Assembly: GCA_051362555.1 (NCBI GenBank)
Contig: CM120640.1
Coordinates: 45,734,788 to 45,798,787, forward strand
Direction: 5' to 3'
Source of the DNA: Lingula anatina
Lineage: Eukaryota; Animalia; Brachiopoda
DNA: 64,000 nt
The position numbers were made by a program, and so were the translations under genes. The notes below the pieces were generated by a model that saw nothing but the letters and a program-made list of their open reading frames with translations, was not told the DNA's origin and searched no databases. Shown here piece by piece: positions 1 to 10,700 of this stretch (positions are counted from its first letter, which is position 1; every line of letters starts with the position of its first letter).

Positions 1-1327
1 CTTGGTTTTGGCAAAATGTTTCCAACAGCTACGTGAGTGCACGGCCACAACTACACATACTGGCTTTTGTATTCTAATTTTATTGGTTACAGTATATATA
101 AGGTGTATGTCTTACTCTATATTTTACTCACTGCAGGTAGTCTAAGGCTCTGTGCTAGTCCAGGTGAAAGTTGCTTACTAGTAAGTTATACCTTGCAGAC
201 TGTTTAAGAGCTAAACACTTCTTTGTTGATATTTTGTGTCATTTTATTATCATTAAATTAGAAAGGCCTTTTTTTTTAAAATAAATTTCAGGAGCATAGT
301 TGAAATGAAATTGCAATTTTCATCAGGTGCTGTCATTTTAAAGAGACGCCCATTGCATACTGTAGTTGTGCTAAACAAAAGGTAACAGGATCATGACTGT
401 TTATTGGGAGCTAGACCTTACCTGTGGTAGGTACAATTGTAGCAGATTAAGCCTTCAACTGAGGCAAAGGGGTCAACATGCAAGCAAAGAAGGCCATATA
501 AAATGTGTACTGTCATTATATTAGAACTCATCTATGTTTACTCGTAGATAATAAGTTTACTATTTCCGTAACTGGGCTCCCAGTACATAACAAAAAAGGG
601 ATAAAACTCAATTTTACTAAAAAATTGGCCTTATCTTAAAAATAAAAAAAAATTGCCTTCTTCAACTTGTAATAGCTTCCCCAAAGAAATAGGTTTAGTA
701 AAGTAATAATTAGTAAAGACAAAGAACATTATTGTATATCTTTATATGGCAAGAAAAAAGAAAAAAATGAAGGAAACTTATTGATTTTCCCATAATCGCC
801 AAGGTATACTTTATCTAAAACTGCTCAGAAAATAAATATCCGTAGAGCCAATTTCTGAGTTCTATATTTTAATTTTGGAAGATGCTTCGAAATTTGTTAG
901 CTTCCATCTCCATAAGGCCTGCAGAGCTGGCAATTTGTTAAACCTCAATGTGTGACAGGTTTTATTGTGAAAGTGGGGAGGGGGGGAGGTCAGGCACAAT
1001 ATCATGTTCTTGTAATAGAAAGGGAACTACAGCAAAATCCCATGTATACCATTATTGATATGCTTCTTATTACCTACTAATTTGCATGGTAAAGTTTGAA
1101 ATGTGAACAGTATTTAAAAGCCACGTGCTACCCTATATAAAATTTTGTTAAGATTCTAAGGTAGGAATACAATATCAGGTATTAGTTGTAGGCTTTTTGT
1201 ATAAAATGTCATTGTCAAGTTGTCATGATGATATTGCTTATTATTTTCAACAGTAGTTGGTATTAAGAATTCAGTTAGGTTTTTAAGTGGAAGTATCCTT
1301 GTTTAAACTGCCTTAAGGATACTGTAA

Positions 1328-1542
1328 GACTGGATTCCCACAGATTTAGATTGATCCATCTAGATCGACCTAACTCCCAGGGGGTTTACGCTAAATTGCT
1401 GTCAGCTGAACGCGCACAGAAGTTAATTACCCCCTCACAGCTTTTAGTGGGCGGGACAGACATTTAAGCTGGCTAAGTTAACAGTAATCTAGCGATACTC
1501 TCCACGGAGATAGATCGATCTAAAATCTGTGGGAATGCAGTC
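1328..1542. mobile_element. MITE (215 bp), PIF/Harbinger (Tourist)-like
   Basis: Imperfect TIRs of about 34 bp: gactggattcccacagatttagattgatccatct / agatagatcgatctaaaatctgtgggaatgcagtc. Flanked by TAA on both sides (1325-1327, 1543-1545), the TWA-type TSD of PIF/Harbinger. Confidence 0.8.
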
Positions 1543-3964
1543 TAAGGGTTTATTATCATCCAGGTACTGAAAATTAGATATTTCCTACCTTTAATTATTC
1601 AATAATACATCTACCTCTGTGCTGATTTAAAACAATAAAAGTAAAATATCAGCTTTTATATTTCTTGTTGATATGTATAAGCATAGGCAACTAAAAGATT
1701 TTATCATCAGTTTAATGTTTTTCCATTTTGAGATGAGCTAGCAATCAGTATAGAGTGTAACGTCATTCCTGAACAAGATTTTAACACGGAAATTGGCACA
1801 GTTGACCACAGGTATATGAGCTTTAATCCTCTGCCATCATTTTGGTTTAAATGTTTTTGTTTTGGAGTTATGAGCCCCTAGTTACATATTTTCATTAAAC
1901 AAAGGCATTATTTTGCTTTATCAATAATGAAATCTGACATAAGTCCTTTATGAAAAATTGCTGGCAGGGTTTTGTAGTACTAAATAGGGCCATCAAATAG
2001 GCACTAAAATCATGTTCATGGATGTTCAGGTAAAGGAGACATTTGAGAAACAGATTTTTCCATTTTTACCCCAAAATCGCAATTATGACATCACTTGTAA
2101 GATGGTCTGTAAATTTAATGTTAATAATATAGTTACTTAACACTAAAGGCTGATCAGATATCCAAAAGAGTGTAAGTAAGGCAGTAAATAAAGAGTTTTT
2201 GGCAAATGCTTACTGTATCTTTCAGCATATATTACACCAACTGATTTTATTTTGCGTAGTGCCCCTTTGGAGATAAGGTCTTAATTTCTATTTGTCAGTT
2301 TTGAATGCAGAACAGCATATCACAGCCGTTGAGTAATTTTTATCTGGAGTGTATGTGTTATTAATAGGTTTTGGATTTGAACACTGTTTGCCCTATCTTT
2401 TGTGATTTTAAAATTTCAAACACATTATTTGTTTGACAAGTAAGGCTTTTCAGTAAGGGATGTATTTGCACAAACAGTAGATTAGTTTGTGGTTTACTTA
2501 TTTCTTGACACTGAAAATACCAAAACTAAGGTGTTTTTGTCTTCCAAGATAATCAAAGTTTAACCTCATAAATTCTAGTTTAGTGGCTTGTTGTTTTATC
2601 AAATGAAAAATCACAAGAAATTAGAATGGACCAGCATCAATAATGATGTCAATATTTCAGCATGGTATACGTATTAGCATCAGTTTTTTTATTCTCAGCT
2701 TATTGACCCTCATTTTGATTTAACAAATCCACACGAAGCTTATGAGCTTATTTCTACAGAGATACCATATCTCAACACAAATATATGGGCAGTTTGCTTT
2801 TGACAATTTCTGTAAACCTTCCCACCATACTGGAGAATACTGTGGCACAGGAGCATTGGAATGGATGTTGGGTCCTGGCAAACAGAGTTTTGTAAAATTT
2901 TGATATTTCTTCATTTAATCATGGAGTATATTTGTAAGCAGTGTTTGCCTCTTAGGAAAATTAGTTGTTGGACTGAAGATGCAGCCATCTTGAAAAGTAG
3001 CTGTACTGAATGTGCCGGGTGGGAAAACTTCTCAGCCCGTTCTAAAAGTTGTCGGCGCCGGGCAGACAGTCCAGCCTTAATTTCTAACACTGTTTGTAAG
3101 TTTAGCTACATTATTTTACATAAAATATATATTATACTTTTTAGGTATAACGTGCATAGATGGTGGAAAAAATCACCAGTGAGATCACTAGTGAGAGCTG
3201 CAGATGCAAGTTTTACAATTATTTTCAGTTAATAGGTGAGGTATAGTATGTAAAAAAAAATGCTAGAAATTCTGGTATGTATTAGCACATTTCATCATGA
3301 TTATCAATCATTAAATTTCATTGAAAAGTTCATTGAATTGACATGTATGAGAATTAATATATCTAGAAATGTTCTGTGTTACAAGCATTTATAATAATAG
3401 AGTTATTAATGTAGTTTGAACATCAAAAATTTCAAGTAATTATTTCATTGGAAATGTATGAACTTGGTAGGCTATTGATCAAAATGGCCCCCAAGGTTTC
3501 ACTATGAAATGCAGTCCACTCTACATGATTTTGACACATTGGGACTGAGTATGGTGAACTGTCACTAGTAGACAATGTACATTATTTTGTTTGCCATAAT
3601 ACCAAAGAAAAAAATAATTTCATAAGTTTTGTTTGAAATAAAGTATAAAATTGAGTTTCAAAGTGAAGAGTTATGCCCAGTCTACTGCAGTTGTGTGCCA
3701 TTTTGTATATGTCATTTAGTCAATGCAAAACAAATCTATATTGTTATAAATGTTTTAAGAACATATGTATGATAGTAATATTGATATTTTTCTACAATTG
3801 CAATAAATCTAATGTAGTAATTTACTCATTCTTTTGGAAGTTTTGTCATAGATTATACAAATGCTCAATTTCTTACATTACATTTGAGCTATAACAAAGG
3901 TTATGTCTGTGAAAATTTAAAAAAAAGCTAATTAGTCACATTTTTTCCTAGGGGATATCCAGTC

Positions 3965-4039
3965 ATGGTCGCTTTAAAGGAAAGTGGAAACAAAAAGATT
4001 TCCAACAATATGATCTCACCTTGCTCACATAATGTGTGA
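3965..4039 (+). promoter_or_regulatory. Out-of-frame upstream ORF (24 aa) overlapping the first ATG of the main CDS
   Basis: gtcATGg at 3965 reads MVALKESGNKKISNNMISPCSHNV, with TGA at 4037-4039. It lies inside the exon that starts at 3952. Confidence 0.5.
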
Positions 4040-4740
4040 TACAATGGACACAGACGACATTCCAGTAGTAGATGTGGCAGCAATAGAGGAAGATGTCCGT
4101 GACAGTTCGGAATTATCCCTTAGTTGTGGTCAGGGCAATCAGGAACCAGATACCAATATCCACAGTACAGACACTGGGAGCTCACATGTTGAGGAGTTGA
4201 TTCTTGTTGGTAACAATGATAACACACCACCAGTTTTATTTGATTTTCCTGTAGGTAAAACTGGAAGTCTTGAAACAGCAGTTGAAAAAAAAGATGAAGA
4301 TCTAAGAGTAGAAAACACAGAATCTCCTGGAGAAGAAAAGAGTTTGAAGGGGGCTGATGTAGAATTTAGCAATGAGATAAAAAATGAAAATTTCATTTTT
4401 ACCAAAAAGGATCTTGGAAACAATTCATTCATTGGTTGTGAGGAAAGCACTCCATCTGACATGAATCTGAACAGTGGTACAATTTCTCATGAGTTGTCAG
4501 ACAGTATGGCAGAAAATGTCAGAAAGTCGCCAGCCGAAAGTTCAGGTTCAGAATCGCAGCCAGTCCCACCGAAATCTGGTGACCTCATCTGCTGGGGATG
4601 TGGAGAGTTTGGGCAACACGGTCACACACAAAAAGAAGATGTGTCCAGTCAAAGTGGCCTGCTGGATGTCTTTCGTGGGGACGTGTCAATGAATGTCAAG
4701 GCCATGGCATGTGGAGCTAGTCATACAGTGGTTGTCACAA
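4032..4740 (+). CDS. First coding exon: acidic disordered N-terminus plus RCC1 repeat 1 (GDLICWGCGEFGQHG...VKAMACGASHTVVVT)
   Basis: Matches ORF 4032-4778. Acceptor ttttttcctag ends at 3951. Donor A|GTAAGT at 4741 (phase 1). Confidence 0.92.
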
Positions 4741-7700
4741 GTAAGTGTATCAAGCTGCTTTGTACTTTCGTATTGTGACCACTCAACAAATTCAAAACCG
4801 TTTACTTTTATTCTAGAAATAGTGCATTCTCGGAAATATCTGAAAGAGATTTTTTTATTTATTAGTTTTTAATCGTTATTTATATACACTGTATGCAAAA
4901 CATACACTTACACATGAAGACAATACATGAATTTGAAATTCCTAGATATAACATGATTATCAACATATATACTAAATCCATGCAATATTTAGCAGCATTT
5001 TAAAGTAATAGCTAGACATTGACAAGGCACAATAACTACATACACTAAATACATACAAATCATGCACACAGTTTAACCTGGATTGCAATGAATTGTATAT
5101 AATGTTGTGACATTTTAACATGATATTAAGTAACCATATAAAATAGAACTTTACCAAATACATTTATATATAGCTGTCGCACCCACCAACTATATCAAAA
5201 TCAAAATATATAAATCAAGCTTTTCACAATATCAGCCACAATGCCTGAAAGAGAGGATTATAATGGTCATAAACTGAGTTGGGTTCATGTCAAAAAGTAT
5301 ATGATAGTTACAAGTAATTTAAATTTCTAAACTCTATTGAAGTTCTAAGTGTTAGTTAATACCATGAGTATAAATATAAACATAAATATATTTTGGGGTA
5401 AAATTTCAATGTCCAACTGCATTGCAAATTTTTTACTTTTTTCACCTGAAGAACAAAATGTTTAATTGGTAAATTGTTGATAGCATCATTATTTGAGCCC
5501 ACTTAGAGCTTAGACCCAATTTACTATTAGCAACACTTTGCTAAAACAAAACAATATACTTAAAAGTTAGTGAGTTAATAAATATAAAAGTGATTTGTTT
5601 AGTAGTGAATTTCAACCATTGTCTACTAGCTACATTCCTCTCAAAAGTCTGCAGTTTGATACATATCAGTAGCAGTATTGATCTTTAAGCCAACAGTTTG
5701 CCATGAGCAATTGATTGCATAATTTATGTAGTAGTTTGTACTAAAAATACATGCTCTGAAGAGAAATCAAATTTTTGTCACTTCATATTTATGGTCTGTT
5801 GGCTTTTTACTCTTTGTTGTATTGTAAGTGCCAACTTTAAGTAGCGCAACTCATGGTAAACAAGATAAAGAGGCAATGTCCTCTCAATTTTAGTCATTTC
5901 CATAGTCAAAGTATTAGTACTTGCAATATAGTACATGCTTTTTCCAAAATGTAAGCATATTAATTGAGGCATTTTGGTAATAAAATTGTCAAGAGTTCAG
6001 GAACAACAATTGTCAGCCACATATGTTCATTGAAGATATTTAAATGAAAGAATATCAGCTTTGTTTCGTTTAAGTAATGTTAATGCAGGTCATTATGTGT
6101 AGAAAAAACTTTAAACAATAAAAATTATTGTCCTTGATCATATACTTACTGTTAATTGAATATTAATTTAGGTTATAATTTATATAATTGTCAAAAGGTG
6201 GCAGCAGTGAGATGCATATAAGCTTTTATTTTTTGCCTAAAGAGGGCAGCACAGTCCGCGAGTAAAGTGAATGGTGACTTTGGCAGTGCAGTTTTTCATT
6301 GTGACCAAAAATTGATAAAATTAAAATTCGTCCATATTTATTTTCTTTTGTAAACTTAAAAGAAATTATTTCCCACCATTTTAAAGGTAATATTATAGAT
6401 TTATTAAAATGACTAGTTAAAATAGATTACACACAAGAGTATTTCTAAAGCTTACTTTGGTTTTTGGCCATGCAAGGTACTCAGAGCATGTGCTACCTTC
6501 AGTCTCGATTAGACTGGGGCTTGTTAGTCGGTATGGAGTCAAAATTTTCAAACCTATGGCAACTTAATGATGTGCCTTCCTGGATCCATACTGAAATCTG
6601 TCATCATTAACAACTTGCAGGCCTCGTACATCACATCTGTCAATTAACTCCAGATAAGTTTGTTTTTTGTTCCTTGTTTTTTATTCATGAAAAAAAATAC
6701 AGCTACGGATCAGGAAAACTGAAGTGGAAAGTAATACCAGAGTAGTCATGGTTGATAAAGTTTTGCATGAGTGTTGGGAGGGCAGTGACTGTGGATTCCA
6801 TTCACTTGTTTTATTATTTGTCACCCCAGTGCACATGGAATGTGTTCCCTAACACCAAAGCTCTCTGTAACACCAAAGCTCTCCTGATTATAATAAAAAC
6901 TAACTTCAGTCCTGATTAAATGTGAAAGGCAGCATTTTGCCTAAAGTCTGCCTGTGTATTTTTTTCACAAACTCTTGTGTTTCTGGTATATAATTACTAC
7001 GGGTTATGATCACTGATATCATTCATCATAACCTGACAGCACCAGAACACATTTTTCTTTCTTCAATGGAAAATAAGGTCGCTAATTATTTTCCCTTTGG
7101 AAATACACTAGAGGATTGCGTGTGCTGCAAAGACACTTTCCTGGACGTGAAGTACAAGGCTTTGAAGTGCCCTTTGATGTTCTGGGTTTTGCAATCAGTT
7201 TCAATTTGCCTTATGGTTGGAAAACTACATGATTTTCATTTAAAACGATTACATGTTCTGATGTTTTGTGTGTATGTATCCTGATGAAGTATTTATCTCA
7301 TGACTAGAGACTGTTGGTTTGGGATATTATGGTGTTGCCATTTGTACTTAGATCTGCTTTCATGTCATGTAAATGTTAGATAGTAAAACAGGATGTTTGA
7401 TAATTTAGTATTTTAAAGGCAGTGCAATAATAAATGGTGCGTATCCTTTAAATATAGAAGGCTAAGTCCTGACTTGTCGTGGATTATTACACATAAAACT
7501 GTACTTAGAGTGGGGAACTGTTAGAAGTAGCTAGCCTTGAAACAGGATGATTTAAACAAGGTTCTCTTTTTAAGATTTAAGTGGTCATGATATTTTTTCT
7601 GTATATAGCCTGAACCTGTTCAAGGTAAAGATTATATTTTTGCCCAAAATATTTGAGTCAAAAGAACAGAAATAAATTGAAAGGAGTGGGAGGGACTTCC

Positions 7701-10700
7701 TAATGAAATGATGGAGAAAGAAAATGTAACAAAGGTGAACTGTTTAAATTTGAACAGATTTGAAATTGATGTTCTGTTCAACCAGGGTGATTGGATTTTA
7801 TTAAAGGGTCAAAACACGGTAACGGTGCCATGGGTATCAAATTTTTTTTTGTTTCATTGAAATTTAAAATTTTTACATTTTTGTAGAAAACGAATCAAAT
7901 TTTCAGACAATATAAGTTTCATTGATATACTCCCAGTACTTTTTCTGTGAGCCACTGGGAAACATAAAGGAAAAAAAAAAATTGTCTCTGACGGGACACA
8001 TGGTCATATTGGCCTGAGTCAGATATTAGGTTGTTTTTTCAAGTTTTTATCACCCAAATATGTTAAACTAATCAGAAGTAATAGTTTAACATAGAAAACT
8101 GCCATCTATCACTTATTTTGGGTAAAAAAGTATTTAGCACTAGGTGTGGTGTGTCCCGTCAGAGACATTTGACTTCGAAAAGTTTTCATATTTTCCACAT
8201 CTGGAAGGTTGTATAAATGAAACTTAAAATCCTCTTTTAAATAATGATAAGTAATGATTATAGCTAAAAATTACAAAATTAAAACAATTAACAGTGAATT
8301 TATTGCCACATTTTATCATTGTCCCTGACGGGACATTTCCTGTCTCTGACGGGACATTTTCTGACAGATGTGAAACACAAGGTTTTACATCTTCAATTGA
8401 ATAATTTTCAAGTGTTCTGGTGTGTTACATTTCTTATTATGTACAGACACAGATGTGTCTGTACATATTGCCATCACCTGCGTCTGTCGTCGCCGTCGCC
8501 GTCCCTGTCGCCGTCCCTGTCGCCGTCGATGTCGCCGTCGCCGTGCACTTTCATCGTTAACACGATAAGTGGAAGACAGTTTTACCTTTTGGCTTTATAT
8601 TTACAGAGCTGATAAATATTCATAAAACGCAGGTCAAGTTCGAAAATCAGCATGATCAGGCCATTATTGTAGAAGTTATGCTGTTTTTTCATTTTTCAGC
8701 ATATATGCAACCTTGTTAACACATTTTAAGAAAAACCGATAGGCCTGTTGTCATGAAACTGACAGGAGTAATCAATCTTACTAAAACGCAGGTCAAGTTC
8801 GAAAATCGGCATGATCGGGCCACTATTTTAGTAGTTATGCTGTTTTTTCATTTTTCAGCATATATGCAACACTGTAAACACATTATAAGAAAAACAGAAA
8901 GCCCAAATTGTCATTAAACTCACAGGAATGGTCAGTCTTACTAAAACGCAGGTTGAGTTCGAAAATCAGCATAATCGGGGCATTATTTTAGAAGTTAAGC
9001 TGTTTTTTCACATTTCCTCAGATTTCCTCAGATTTAATTCTTAGGCATGTTAATAGCCTTATTATTTAAGTAGTAAGATACTTAAAAGTGTTTGTTTGAC
9101 ATTTCCTGCATCTTTACAACCTTGTTAGTTGATTATGTAAAAATGATGGTAAACTTGTTATCGTATATTGTGTAATGAAGTGTCAAAAATGGAAATAAAC
9201 TCATATCATTGCAGTTTGTCAGATTCAATCATCCACTATGTTTAGAATCTCAGAATGGAGGAAAATGGACATTTAACACTGTTTTTTTTTTTTTTTTTTT
9301 TTTGATAATTTTGCCATCTCATCAATTTTCTTAGTTGATCATATAAAAATTGCAATAAACTGTTTATTTTGTTTTATGTTTAAAAAGTGTTAAAAATGGG
9401 AATAAAACCATGTCACAACAGTGTTGTCTTGTTTACATTTTGGCATAATATTTTCAAGGTGTGACTTTGAAGTACCATTGGCCTGAAGACTTTTGCTGGT
9501 CACGTTTTCTGAATGTCCATGTTACTAATATTTTATTATTAAAAATTGATGGTCATTATGGTGGTAAACGTTATGTAATATTGCATCAAAATTTGGAAAA
9601 AAAAATATTTTGAGCACTGCTCCCTTGATGACCATTTAAGAAAAATCATGTCACTTTCTGTTCTCAAACTTACAGGAAAGAAACATGGGACTAAAATACA
9701 GCTTCAGTAGGCAATGCAGTCTGTTTGGTAATTCTTTCTGCTAGTTAAACAGTTTTTTTTTGTGAAAATTTAATTTTTCACATATTGGCATTTTCAAGGT
9801 GTGACTTTGAAGTTCCATGGGCTTGAAGACCCATGCTAGTCACATTTTCTGAAAATCCAAGATACGTATATTTTATTATTAAAAATTGACGGTCATTATG
9901 CTGTTAACCATTATGTAATATTGCATCAGAATAGAAGAAAACACAATTTTGGGTGCTGCTGCCATGGTGACCATTATGGGAAAACCATGTTACTGATGAT
10001 TGCCAAACGTTCAAAAAAGAAATACAGGACTAAAATGCAGCCTGAGTTGGAAAAGCAGTCTAATTGGCTTCTTTTTCTGGAAGTTATACATTTTCAAAGT
10101 GTGAACTTGAACTGCCATGGGCCTGAAGCCTTATGCTTGTTACACATTTTACTTACATTAGTATTACCTGTTGAGCATAATTAAAATTTGATGTTGAATT
10201 TGCAGTTTAACATAATGTACTTTTGCATCAGAATTGACAGTAGCCTATTTTGTGCATAGTTATTTCCTGTTTTTTGTCTGTACATTTGACAGCTTTGCTG
10301 CCTTGTTTTTCTTTTGCAACTGATCATTACTGGGTAATTCATTAACCATTACTGATTATTAGCTAGGTTGACTGTCAGTGATTAGGTGTTGACATGTGCT
10401 ATCAGAGATCATGTGAGAGCACTAGAACTGTGGGCAGTTCATTCTGTTCACTGCATGTGCATGATTTAGAACAGAGTCTGAGGGAGATCTCCAGCTCCAA
10501 CCATATGTTGTGGTATCTGATGATCTGCACCATAACAAACAGTCCGTCTTCACTTGTAATAAGGCCATTCTCGAAGACCTTCAACACCAGCAATCATTCA
10601 GCAAAGTCCATTACTGGTCAGACGAAGCCAGAACCCCCAGTCAATTCAAAAGTTGGTTTTTACTGTCTAAACATGGTACTATCATGAAAGAGATTTTGGT

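Larger units (their letters stand above)
8434..10305 (+). mobile_element. Non-autonomous Helentron-associated element (HINE / DINE-1 / pearl-like) nested in the Sola2 element
   Basis: 5' subTIR plus inverted repeat atgtacagacaca-ga-tgtgtctgtacat (8439-8466), then a (CGTCGC/CCTGT) microsatellite and core tandem repeats. 3' subTIR tgtctgtacat (10275-10285), then a small hairpin gacagc-ttt-gctgcc (10288-10302), with T-rich flanks and no TSD. Confidence 0.75.

Noticed and set aside
1690-2268. Transposon-like segment ending gcgtagtgccccttt (Kolobok-like end); similar fragments at about 12830-13400 and 17630-17775
   Set aside because: No matching opposite TIR or TTAA TSD was found, so they are too degraded to call.
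1-3235. Possible 5' UTR exons (donors at 33, 181, 3096, 3236; acceptors at 136, 2698, 3144) and ORFs 2861-3232 and 2720-2914
   Set aside because: The splice-like motifs cannot be validated without a reading-frame constraint or transcripts, and the ORFs resemble no protein family I recognise.
4139-4692. ORFs 4139-4462(-) and 4474-4692(+); likewise 19069-19371(-), 20547-20789(-), 43147-43338(-) and 57865-58104(-)
   Set aside because: Shadow ORFs overlapping real exons on the other strand or frame.
8319-8612. ORF with SPSPSLSP repeats
   Set aside because: It is a translation of transposon subterminal motifs and the HINE microsatellite.
8624-9012. Regularly spaced repeats that could suggest a CRISPR array (also 48391-48502)
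   Set aside because: Whole units are repeated with no unique spacers, the context is a eukaryotic intron, and there are no cas genes.
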